Shown here piece by piece: positions 8,103 to 16,991 of a stretch of 25,180 nucleotides of DNA. How positions within the stretch are numbered: the stretch's first letter is position 1; the number at the start of each line of letters is the position of its first letter. The notes beneath the pieces are model-generated. The model made no database searches. It worked only from the letters and a program-made list of their open reading frames with translations, and was not told where the DNA came from. Origin of the DNA: Bdellovibrionota bacterium (GTDB lineage: Bacteria > Bdellovibrionota_C > UBA2361 > OMII01); assembly GCA_044345405.1 (NCBI GenBank), contig JBIJBE010000047.1, forward strand, positions 1 through 25,180. The letters run 5' to 3'. A program made the translations under genes and the position numbers.

Positions 8103-9749
8103 ATGGCAGCTAGTTCATCTCGCACCTCACTTCAGCTTCAAGATACCGCGCTCATTAAAGAGCTGGAGCTCCGTCTCAAACGCCGTCAGCGAGCTGGTGA
8201 GTGGAGGAACCTCGACGTGTTCCGGCAACGTAATCTCTGTGACACCGAGGTTGGGCTCAAAAAAGTATCCGCGAAGCTAGAAAAGGCTGGAGGGTTTTCC
8301 GTTCGACTTGAGCGCGTTCCGTGGCGGGATACGGATGGCGAGCGACGAACCTTCACCCTCGCTCGGGCGGCGTCCACGGATATGTGGCCGATGGGCACGC
8401 ACTACTGGGTTCGCGATAACGCTCTCATCGGCGCGCGATACCTGTTCGCGAGCGATCCGAAACACAGAAAAGAGGGAAAGGAGTTGCTCCTCTCCGCGCT
8501 CACATTCATCTCTTCCAAGGCGCAGCTCGCTCGATTTGAGAAGATGGTCAAGTCTTCATCGCCTTCGTTTCACCGTGATCCCGGTAATTGGCCCTACATC
8601 TTCGCGGCTGTGCGCGACAATCTTACGACATCTCGAGAGGAGGGGTGGGCGCATAAACAGGATGCCTGGCAGATAGCGATCTTCTACGTCATTGAGGCGA
8701 TCGAGCAGGGGCTCCTCTCGGTCAAAGATCTCTCCGCGAAACATAAAAAATGCATCGGTTTGGCGATCCCGTTCTTGGCGAAAGTTGAATTTTGGCGGTG
8801 TGAAAACAGTGGATCGTGGGAGGAGCTTCCCGCAGTGCGCTCGTCGGTGCGAGCGTGGGAGCACCGTTTGTTGGTCAAGCTCGCGAAGGTCGCGGTGCTT
8901 AAGGAGTTCTCATTCATTCGTACCGCATTTGACGCGCGTAAAAGATACCTATCCACCACACTCAAGCGTAAGACACTCGATGGCGCGGTGCTTGAGATGG
9001 AGCGGAAGGTGGCGCGAGAGATGCTTCGCGATCTTCCGAATGAATCCCCCGCTTACAAGAAGAGTGACGCCCGGTATCGGGCCGCGGACGCGGCTCTCAT
9101 CTATCTCCTCTCAATCGATTATCCCTACTTCCTCGCGGCTCGATTAGGAAAGGACGCGGGATGGGCACACCGATTGGAGGCGAAGATCCTTAAGACGGTT
9201 GAGTCGTTGAGCGATCCGATAACCGGAGCTATTCGAAGGTATCGTGGCGACTGCTATCAGCGGACGGGATACTTTAGGAATGTAACGATCGCCAAGCTCG
9301 CGGCTATCTACGGCTCCCCATCAGGTGACGCGAGTAGTCACTTTGAGGCTCGAAATAGAGCGGTTCCGAAAGGGCGCGAGGCGGCATGGACGCACTTCGT
9401 GTGGCAGCTTGCGGCGTGGAGTGGTGCGCGGTTTCTCGACACCGGTTCGATGGTATATCGACGGTTGCATGACCACTACTTCTATCGGGGAATGGGCCTC
9501 TTCACTGGGACGGGAGAAGCAAGCATCGACCAGGACGCCAAGGGCACTCCCCGAGTTATTGGGGTTAAGCCGCTGCGGATGACCGAGTGTTACATCTCCG
9601 AAAAGGCGGGAAGAGGGCGAGATCTTGTGTTTCCATCCCCTCACACCCCTCTTAATTGGGCGGTGGGTGAGATGTTTCAAGCCTTTGACGTTCGACGTAA
9701 GGTCCTTGCGACTCAGAAGTCAGCGCGAAAGGGCTCTAAAAAACGGTGA
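8103..9749 (+). CDS. Glycoside hydrolase family 15-like / phosphorylase kinase alpha-beta-like six-hairpin glycosidase
   Basis: Motifs YWVRDN, GSWEE, LPNES...DAALIYL, RRYRGDCY, EAAW, TECY and TPLNWA. Start uncertain (TTG 8088 or ATG 8103). Confidence 0.72.
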   Translation: MAASSSRTSLQLQDTALIKELELRLKRRQRAGEWRNLDVFRQRNLCDTEVGLKKVSAKLEKAGGFSVRLERVPWRDTDGERRTFTLARAASTDMWPMGTHYWVRDNALIGARYLFASDPKHRKEGKELLLSALTFISSKAQLARFEKMVKSSSPSFHRDPGNWPYIFAAVRDNLTTSREEGWAHKQDAWQIAIFYVIEAIEQGLLSVKDLSAKHKKCIGLAIPFLAKVEFWRCENSGSWEELPAVRSSVRAWEHRLLVKLAKVAVLKEFSFIRTAFDARKRYLSTTLKRKTLDGAVLEMERKVAREMLRDLPNESPAYKKSDARYRAADAALIYLLSIDYPYFLAARLGKDAGWAHRLEAKILKTVESLSDPITGAIRRYRGDCYQRTGYFRNVTIAKLAAIYGSPSGDASSHFEARNRAVPKGREAAWTHFVWQLAAWSGARFLDTGSMVYRRLHDHYFYRGMGLFTGTGEASIDQDAKGTPRVIGVKPLRMTECYISEKAGRGRDLVFPSPHTPLNWAVGEMFQAFDVRRKVLATQKSARKGSKKR

Positions 9750-9779
9750 TTGGAGCTTATTTTCCCGCTGTGCTAGGGT
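9750..9779 (+). promoter_or_regulatory. Putative lysS promoter (extended -10)
   Basis: TTGGAG (9750-9755), 18 bp spacer, TAGGGT (9774-9779) with TG at 9771-9772. Confidence 0.3.
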
Positions 9780-9821
9780 CTTAGGATAATTCAGATCTGT
9801 TGTTTTTGGACAAGCATACTC

Positions 9822-11324
9822 ATGTCAGTTGAAGAGAGCGTTGTAGAGCCGGTAGTCGATCAAGTAGCTGAGCGGGCGAACCGCCTTGTGAAGCTTGAGA
9901 ACTTTAAGAAAGCGGGGATTCATCCCTATCCGGCCAAATTTGATAAGCAGATCGACCTCGTGGACGCGAAGGAGCTCCCACTTGAGGCGCCCGTTAAGAC
10001 CGCTGGGCGTATCGTGCTCTTCCGTCAGATGGGCAGCATCACCTTCGCGCACCTTCAAGATTTCTCGGGTCGCATGCAGGTTGTTTTCAAGAAGGATATC
10101 TTGGGCGAAGAGTTGTACAAGCTTATCACGAAGAACCACGACCTTGGTGATTACATTGGGGTTGAGGGTGTTACCTTCGTCACCAAGACTGGAGAGAAGT
10201 CTATCCAGGTAAACACCTGGAGCTTCCTCGGTAAAGCGCTTCTTCCTCCTCCAGGGAAATATCACGGACTCAAGGACAAAGAGGTTCTCTACCGCCGCCG
10301 CTATCTTGACTTGATGTCGAACGAGGATACCCGGAAGCGCTTCGCGCTTCGAAGCTCCCTCATTCGCGCTATTCGGGAGTTCTATTGGAAGGAAGGGTTC
10401 CTTGAGGTTGAGACCTCAACCTTGATGCATAACGCGACGGGCGCCGCGGCTCGCCCATACCACACGCACAACAACGCGCTCGATATCGATCTCGTGCTTC
10501 GTATCTCGCACGAGCTTCCGCTCAAGGAGTTGATCGTTGGTGGTTTCGAGAAGGTATTTGAGCTTGGAAAGGCGTTCCGAAACGAGGGCCATGATCCATC
10601 ACACCTTCCAGAGCATACGCACTTAGAGCACTACGCGGCGTTTTGGAGCTACGAGGAGAATATCCTCTTCACAGAGCGAATGTTCGACTATCTCTTTAGC
10701 GCGCTTAATCTTCCTAAGGTTATGCCTCTTAAGGATCGTGACGGGAACGAGCATCAAGTCGATTGGAGCACCCCGTGGCCTCGCATGGACTACATCGAGC
10801 TGATATCGAAAGATTCCGGTCTCGATGTCATGAAGTACACCTCAGCCGATGAGCTTCGAAACGATATCCGTAAGAAGGGGATCGAGTTTGAGGGGATGGC
10901 TTCAATGGGTCTCACGACCTTGATCGACAATCTCTATAAGAAGGTGAGTCGTCCAAAGATCATTCAGCCGACGATCCTCTTCAACTATCCGAAGATCCTG
11001 CAGCCGCTCGCCCGAGTAAACGATGGTGATACCAACCTCGTTGATCAGTTCCAGCTCGTCGTAAATGGATGGGAGATCATCAAAGCCTACTCTGAGCTTG
11101 TTGATCCGATCGATCAACGTGAACGTTTCATGGAGCAATCCTCAGCTCGGAGCGAGGGTGACGAGGAGGCGATGGACATCGACACCGAATACCTCGTGTC
11201 GATGGAGCACGGTATGCCACCTATCAGCGGATGGGGGATGGGCGTAGACCGCTTTATGGCGCTTCTTACCGGACAGGACAACCTTCGTGATGTTGTGCTC
11301 TTCCCTCTCATGCGACCGGAGTAA
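9822..11324 (+). CDS. lysS: Lysine--tRNA ligase, class II
   Basis: N-terminal OB fold (AGRIVLFRQMG...QDFSGRMQV), YRRRYLDL, GAAARP, FRNEG (motif 2), GMPP...GMGVDR (motif 3), C-terminal DVVLFP. Confidence 0.96.
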   Translation: MSVEESVVEPVVDQVAERANRLVKLENFKKAGIHPYPAKFDKQIDLVDAKELPLEAPVKTAGRIVLFRQMGSITFAHLQDFSGRMQVVFKKDILGEELYKLITKNHDLGDYIGVEGVTFVTKTGEKSIQVNTWSFLGKALLPPPGKYHGLKDKEVLYRRRYLDLMSNEDTRKRFALRSSLIRAIREFYWKEGFLEVETSTLMHNATGAAARPYHTHNNALDIDLVLRISHELPLKELIVGGFEKVFELGKAFRNEGHDPSHLPEHTHLEHYAAFWSYEENILFTERMFDYLFSALNLPKVMPLKDRDGNEHQVDWSTPWPRMDYIELISKDSGLDVMKYTSADELRNDIRKKGIEFEGMASMGLTTLIDNLYKKVSRPKIIQPTILFNYPKILQPLARVNDGDTNLVDQFQLVVNGWEIIKAYSELVDPIDQRERFMEQSSARSEGDEEAMDIDTEYLVSMEHGMPPISGWGMGVDRFMALLTGQDNLRDVVLFPLMRPE

Positions 11325-11336
11325 CGAAAAGGAAGC

Positions 11337-13616
11337 ATGGCAAAACGATCACCTGAGGCACCTTCTACGGCGGAAGCTTTAGTAAAGAAGGTGCCGGTTC
11401 TCTTCTTCCTTGTACGCCAGGGAGGTTCGTATAAGGTTGGACGTCGGTGGGGGATCTTCGATACGCTCGCGGTGCGAGTTATCGATGATCTGACCTTCGC
11501 GGAAAGCGAAAGCTCTAAGACTATCGCGGCGTTTACTGAGATCCCGCCTCACTCCACCGATGTCAAAGCGGTCGAGATTCCAACGCAGGTCGCGCTTGAG
11601 CGGATATTCTTTCACATTCAAGGGGTTTCCAACCTCATCATCAATCCTCGAGCAGCGTTGTCAGGGCTCTCCGCGCAGCAGCAGGGGATCGAGTGTAGCG
11701 TTCCAGAGAAACTCTCTCCGGAACTGGCGATCTCACGCGCTGAGATTCCAGAGATCCTTGGGGCGTTCGCTCTTCCGAAGCGGAAAGTTGTCGATATCGT
11801 TGAGCGTGGGGAGCGCGCGCTTCGGAAGAACTCTCTCTTTGAGGCGTTGTGTCTCGCTCGTCGAGCGAAGCGACAAGATACCGACAATCACCGCCCGTGG
11901 TTTGTGGAGCTTATGGCGCTCAGCTTCATGGGGCTCCCCGATGAAGCGCTCTCGCTCTACGAGCAGTACATCCTGCGTGGCTCGGCAGAGCCGGAGGCGC
12001 AGCTTGTCGCCGCGAGATTCCGCCTTCTCTTGAGACAGTACAACGAGGCGCGCACGATCCTTCACACCCTCACCTTCAACGAGGAGCTGGGAGCTATCGC
12101 CTCATGCGAGTTGGCGCGATCGTTCATCGCGAGTGGTGAATTTGATCGGGCTATTGACCTCGCGACAGCCGCGATAAAAAAAGATGGTACCTATCTCGAG
12201 TCCTACCTCGTGCGAGGGGTCGCGCAGCGGGGGCTTTCCTATCCTGTTGGTGACGAGGATGGGCTGCGCGACGCGCTTAAAGATCTGGAAAAGGTCGCTC
12301 AAGCGGGTGGTTTTAACGCGCCAGAGGCGCTCTTTCACGCGGGAACTATCTTTGGTCGCCTCGGCGCGCTTGAACAAGCAGAGATAGCGCTCCGACAATC
12401 GCTCTTTCAACGTGATCGATACTCAAGTCGTGACGCTCTTGTGCGGGTATTGTGCGCGGCGAAAAAGTTTTCTGTCGCCCGAGAGGAGCTCGAGATCGTG
12501 TGCTCGCTCGCGCCCTCCGTCACAGAGGAATTACGAAAGGAGATCGAGACGCACCTCGCCAATCCTGAGACGACCGAGCAGGAGGGCTCAACTGATCTGT
12601 GGTCGAATGAGATAGACGCGGCGTTGAAGAGCGCGCGCGAGTCACTTCACGCATGGAAGATTCCAACGCAGGGCACGCTGCAAGATTTCGCGATGCTCGA
12701 TGACCTCATTAATCGGTACGCTCCGGCGGGAGAGTTCATGGCCGGTGGGGCGAAGGGACACCTTCACGAGGTGGGTGTGGCGGCGATTGGCCGCGCCATA
12801 GCGTTGCACCTCGGTGGACTCTTAGTCTCGGAGTGCGGTGCCGCGTGGAGTGGTGATCATGATTCTGGACGGATTGCGCTTACCTCAAAACGCGGAGTTC
12901 GGCTGCCCCTTGAGAACTTTATTCATGAGCGGATCCTTCTCGGTGCGAGTGGAGACAACTTCTCCTCACTTGAATCTCTCGTCGCTGAGGTTCAACGCGA
13001 AGGTGGTGGAGAAGGATTGATAGCTGAGTATCGGTCGCCGTTGTGGCATGAAGCTGGACCTAAGGAGGTTGAGGAGTTTCACCGCCAGGTTGCGTGGGCC
13101 CGCGATAAAGTGGTTGCCCTTGGAGCCACTTTAACGGGTTCGTTGCGTGACCTTGAGGAGATCGATCAGATAATAGAGGGTGCCTTTGAGCCCGGTGGCG
13201 TGGTTCAAGAGGTGGCTAAGCCGATACTCGGAGACGAGATCGAGCGTTTTGTTGTTGGGCTTGGGCTTTTGGTTGGATCGGTCATCGCTCACAACGCCTC
13301 CGCCACATGGTTTACCCACGAATTACCTGAAGGGTTCTCCCTCGTAGTTTCCGATCTTGGTCGAGTATTCCCCGTTGCCCGCGTTCAGCGACGGGTGTAC
13401 CTCTCATCCGCCGCCGATCCAACGGCGACGCTGGGTGGTTTCGCCTTCGGTGTCGCCGCCGCCATTATGGTGGCCCGCATTCGTGAGGGGATCTACCGTG
13501 ATCGCTCTCATGTCATGACCGCCTTTAAGGAAGTGCTGCCCCGGGTAGCGGATTTTTCGGAGGTCGAGCTTGAAGGGGTGGTCGACGCGCTGTTTGAGCG
13601 TGGCCGGACGGCATGA
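11337..13616 (+). CDS. Hypothetical multidomain TPR-repeat protein
   Basis: 759-aa ORF with SD AAGGA, 12 bp after lysS. Central TPR-like helices (GEFDRAIDLATAAIKKD, EALFHAGTIFGRLG..EQAEIALRQSL) and a duplicated C-terminal domain. Confidence 0.8.
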   Translation: MAKRSPEAPSTAEALVKKVPVLFFLVRQGGSYKVGRRWGIFDTLAVRVIDDLTFAESESSKTIAAFTEIPPHSTDVKAVEIPTQVALERIFFHIQGVSNLIINPRAALSGLSAQQQGIECSVPEKLSPELAISRAEIPEILGAFALPKRKVVDIVERGERALRKNSLFEALCLARRAKRQDTDNHRPWFVELMALSFMGLPDEALSLYEQYILRGSAEPEAQLVAARFRLLLRQYNEARTILHTLTFNEELGAIASCELARSFIASGEFDRAIDLATAAIKKDGTYLESYLVRGVAQRGLSYPVGDEDGLRDALKDLEKVAQAGGFNAPEALFHAGTIFGRLGALEQAEIALRQSLFQRDRYSSRDALVRVLCAAKKFSVAREELEIVCSLAPSVTEELRKEIETHLANPETTEQEGSTDLWSNEIDAALKSARESLHAWKIPTQGTLQDFAMLDDLINRYAPAGEFMAGGAKGHLHEVGVAAIGRAIALHLGGLLVSECGAAWSGDHDSGRIALTSKRGVRLPLENFIHERILLGASGDNFSSLESLVAEVQREGGGEGLIAEYRSPLWHEAGPKEVEEFHRQVAWARDKVVALGATLTGSLRDLEEIDQIIEGAFEPGGVVQEVAKPILGDEIERFVVGLGLLVGSVIAHNASATWFTHELPEGFSLVVSDLGRVFPVARVQRRVYLSSAADPTATLGGFAFGVAAAIMVARIREGIYRDRSHVMTAFKEVLPRVADFSEVELEGVVDALFERGRTA

Positions 13617-13658
13617 AGGGTAGGGGCGGGGAGGTCTACCTCCCTGTTACCCCTCATG
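13612..13658 (+). terminator. Strong stem-loop after the TPR gene (possible terminator, no U-tract)
   Basis: GGGGAGG-tcta-CCTCCCC core (13628-13645), extended by AGGGTA/TACCCT and CATG/CATG. Confidence 0.45.
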
Positions 13659-13797
13659 AAATCCTCTTGATACTTCGTCCAATAATGCTCACTATTCCGT
13701 ATACAGGGGACTTGAATATGTCCCATCTTTTGCCCGTCCTAGCCCCTGCGACTACCTGGTCGTAGGGCGAGGGGCACAAACTGGAGATTTTAAGGTC

Positions 13798-14526
13798 ATG
13801 ATAGAAGTTCGTGGGCTTTCCAAGAGCTATGGAGACTACCAGGCGGTGGCTGATATCAGCTTTACCGCGGGCAAGGGCGAGATCGTTGGGTTCTTGGGAC
13901 CTAACGGCGCCGGTAAGACGACAACTATCCGAATGTTAGCCACGTATCTGCCGCCGACCGCGGGGTCCGCAACCGTCGGTGGATTTAATGTTGTGACCCA
14001 AGCCGATGAGGTTCGAAAGCGAATCGGGTATCTTCCGGAGAATCCTCCTCTCTACGGAGAGATGAAGGTCGTAGAGTACCTCAAATTCATCGCTGAGATT
14101 AAAGGAGTCGCTCGCTCCCGAATCTCCGCTCGTGTTGATGAGGTAATGGAGCAGTGCTTCGTAGCGGATGTGCGAAACAAGTTGTGTAACCACCTCTCGC
14201 GTGGATACCGACAACGTGTTGGACTCGCGCAGGCGATCATGAACGACCCAGAAGTTATTATCCTCGATGAGCCAACCTCTGGGCTCGATCCGAAGCAGAT
14301 CATTGAGATTCGAAAACTTATTCGATCGCTTGGCGAGCGCCATACGGTGCTTTTGAGTACGCACATCCTGCCTGAGGTCGCGATGGTGTGTGACAAGGTT
14401 GTCATCGTTAATCGAGGGCGTGTCGTTGTTGAGGGCCCATTAAGTCAGATCTCACGGGACAAGTCGTTGGAGCAGGTGTTCCTCGAGAGTGTGAGCCAAG
14501 ACGGCGGTATCGTAGCCGCGGCGTAG
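13798..14526 (+). CDS. ABC transporter ATP-binding protein (GldA-like)
   Basis: Walker A GPNGAGKTT, signature LSRGYRQR, Walker B IILDEPTSGLDP, H-loop STH. Confidence 0.95.
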   Translation: MIEVRGLSKSYGDYQAVADISFTAGKGEIVGFLGPNGAGKTTTIRMLATYLPPTAGSATVGGFNVVTQADEVRKRIGYLPENPPLYGEMKVVEYLKFIAEIKGVARSRISARVDEVMEQCFVADVRNKLCNHLSRGYRQRVGLAQAIMNDPEVIILDEPTSGLDPKQIIEIRKLIRSLGERHTVLLSTHILPEVAMVCDKVVIVNRGRVVVEGPLSQISRDKSLEQVFLESVSQDGGIVAAA

Positions 14527-14551
14527 CAAGAGATATTTGTGGAGAAGGTAT

Positions 14552-15322
14552 ATGCGTAACATCTGGGCTATATGTAAGAGAGAATTGCTCGCGTTCTTTG
14601 TCTCTCCGATCGCGTACTTCGTTATCACCGGTTTTACGCTGCTCGTTGGCTTCTTCTTCTTCAACCACCTCTCGTACTTCGCGCAGATGGTCGAGATGTC
14701 CGCGATGATCTCGTTGCGCGGAAAAGACCTCCCCAATCTGAACCAGACCGTTATCGAGGGGGTGTACCAAACGATGGTGGTTATCTTGGTGTTCCTTATT
14801 CCTCTCCTTACGATGCGAACGATCGCCGAGGAGAAGAAGAAGGGAACCTTCGAGCTTTTGATCACCTCTCCCGTATCAGTTTCGCAGATCGTGCTCGGAA
14901 AGTTTTTAAGCATCGCGGTCGTTCTTATCATCATGCTGTCGGTAAACCTCATCTTTCCCGCCCTTCTCCTGAAGTACGGAAATCCAGAGGTTCTTCCGAT
15001 CGTGTCCGGCTTCCTTGGTTTAGTTTTGTGTAGCTTGGGATTCGCGAGTATCGGCATGGCGGTTTCATCCTTCACCGAAAATCAGGTAGTCGCTGGAGTC
15101 ATCAGCATGGTGACCCTCTTACTTCTCTACGTCATCCAGGCTCCCGCGGAGTCTCTTGGTGGTACCGCGGCGGATGTGTTCCGCTACCTCTCGCCGGTAG
15201 ATCAACTTCAAGATCTGCTGCGAGGAATTATTACCTTAAAATCGATTACCTATTTCGTGAGCATGATCGTTATTGGGCTCTTCCTCTCGCAGCGGGCGCT
15301 TGAGGCGTACAGGTGGCGATAG
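14552..15322 (+). CDS. ABC-2 type permease (GldF-like)
   Basis: WAICKREL..FF.SPIAY, PLLTMRTIAEEKKKGTFELL, LGKF, TENQVVA; about 6 TM; SD GGAGAAGG precedes ATG 14552. Confidence 0.92.
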   Translation: MRNIWAICKRELLAFFVSPIAYFVITGFTLLVGFFFFNHLSYFAQMVEMSAMISLRGKDLPNLNQTVIEGVYQTMVVILVFLIPLLTMRTIAEEKKKGTFELLITSPVSVSQIVLGKFLSIAVVLIIMLSVNLIFPALLLKYGNPEVLPIVSGFLGLVLCSLGFASIGMAVSSFTENQVVAGVISMVTLLLLYVIQAPAESLGGTAADVFRYLSPVDQLQDLLRGIITLKSITYFVSMIVIGLFLSQRALEAYRWR

Positions 15323-15353
15323 GCGTTTGCGGCACGTGAAAGGAGATTAATAG

Positions 15354-16964
15354 ATGGAAACAACACTTCGCTTTTCTGGATATATCGGATCGGTCTTATT
15401 CGCGTTCGGTGTCTTAGGATCGCTCATCGTGGGCTCCTTCACCTCGCAGCCGCTCGTTGTGCTGCAGCTTATCTTGGGAGCGTTGTTTCTCGTTATCTGG
15501 GTTGTGACCTCTGGGGTGTCGAGCCTTTCGAAGGCTACGCAGGTCATTTCGGGGCGGAGCGCCCGGTTTGGCTACAACGCGGTACTCTACACGGCGGTCT
15601 TTGTCGGATTGGTTGTCGTCGCGAACATCTTCGTGATTCAAAACAACCAACGGTGGGATCTTACTGAGGAGGGAGTATACAGCCTCTCCGAGAAAAGCAT
15701 TAACGTCGTGAAGGGTCTGAGCAAGCCGTTGCGGCTCATCGCTATGGATACCTCGAAGATGATGAGTCTTCCTGGAGCCGTGGATCCCGAGCGCACGCGA
15801 GAGTTGCTTGAGTTGTACAAGTATCACAACCCAAAGGGGGTCTCGTTTGAGATCCTTGATCCGCGAACAAAGCCAGTTGAGGTTGAGCGACTTGGGATGA
15901 AGCAGGGGAATCTTCTCTATCTTGAGTACGGAGAGGGGGCTCAATCCGCTATCAGCCGAATCAATACCGTTGATGAACAATCGGTAACGAACGCGATCTT
16001 GAAGCTCACGAAGGGCATCTCGAAAAAGATCTACTACATCGAGGGGCACGGAGAGCCCGATATCGGTACCGATACCGAGAGTGGAATGCGCTCGTTCGTT
16101 GACGCGCTTGAGGATGAGCACCTGACCGTTGAGGGGCTGATGCTTCCTCGCGTTGGTAAGATACCGGAGGACGCGGCGGTCGTGATGCTCGCTTCTCCGA
16201 AACTCCAGCTTAAATCCGCTGAGCAGGAGGCGCTCGTCGAGTACGTCAATAAAGGTGGCCGCTTGATCATGCTCGCGAACCCAGAAGATGGCGGAAACTC
16301 AGAGGTTCAGACGCTCGCGAAGCGCTTTGATATCGAGGTTGGAAATGATGTGATCTTGGACGCGGAGTCGCAGATGTTCTTCGGGGGACCGCAGATCTTC
16401 GTAGCGATGGGATTCAGCCCTCACGCGATCACCTCGAAGCTTTCCGGGCGTCAACCTCCGGTGTTCTCATTCGCCTCAAGCGTTGTCGCTCCGAAGGGAG
16501 AGGTTACCGGAGTTACCTATACAGAGCTCCTCAAGAGCGGGCCAAACTCATGGGCTGAGCGTGATGTCGCGAGATTGTTCGATCCGAAGGACGGCAAGGC
16601 CTCCCTTGGCGCTGACGATCTCAAGGGCCCGGTGCCTATCGCTGTGGCGATGGAGAAAACCGTTTCTCAGGGGGCCGATAAGGAGCCACTTGTCTCGCGA
16701 GTTGTTGTCGTCGGTGACGCGACGTGGTTGAGAAATGATTCATTTGGATCGATGGGCAATCGAGACCTTATTCTTAACGTGGTTAATTGGGCTGCTGGCG
16801 AGGAGGGCGCGATAGCGATCGGACCGAAGCAGATGCGTCGCTCGATGGCTGTATTCTCTCAGTCCACAATTAAAACGATATTGGCGCTGAGCTTCTTAGG
16901 GCCAGAGTTGATGTTGTTGCTAGGGCTCTTCATCTGGTGGAGACGCCAACAGTCGGCTGCGTAA
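15354..16964 (+). CDS. GldG-like ABC auxiliary protein (GIFT-type periplasmic domain)
   Basis: Three N-terminal TMs, RWDLT...YSLS, IYYIEGHGE, YVNKGGRL, VVVGDA, NRDLILNVVNW, C-terminal TM followed by WWRR. Confidence 0.9.
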   Translation: METTLRFSGYIGSVLFAFGVLGSLIVGSFTSQPLVVLQLILGALFLVIWVVTSGVSSLSKATQVISGRSARFGYNAVLYTAVFVGLVVVANIFVIQNNQRWDLTEEGVYSLSEKSINVVKGLSKPLRLIAMDTSKMMSLPGAVDPERTRELLELYKYHNPKGVSFEILDPRTKPVEVERLGMKQGNLLYLEYGEGAQSAISRINTVDEQSVTNAILKLTKGISKKIYYIEGHGEPDIGTDTESGMRSFVDALEDEHLTVEGLMLPRVGKIPEDAAVVMLASPKLQLKSAEQEALVEYVNKGGRLIMLANPEDGGNSEVQTLAKRFDIEVGNDVILDAESQMFFGGPQIFVAMGFSPHAITSKLSGRQPPVFSFASSVVAPKGEVTGVTYTELLKSGPNSWAERDVARLFDPKDGKASLGADDLKGPVPIAVAMEKTVSQGADKEPLVSRVVVVGDATWLRNDSFGSMGNRDLILNVVNWAAGEEGAIAIGPKQMRRSMAVFSQSTIKTILALSFLGPELMLLLGLFIWWRRQQSAA

Positions 16965-16991
16965 GCGTGATAGTAAGGAGAGGGCGAGGCG

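Noticed and set aside
14194-14217. Non-LSGGQ ABC signature (LSRGYRQR)
   Set aside because: This is an ordinary variant in GldA-like ATPases.
14452-16121. Minus-strand ORFs of 207 aa and 235 aa
   Set aside because: Antisense shadows of well-supported ABC operon genes.
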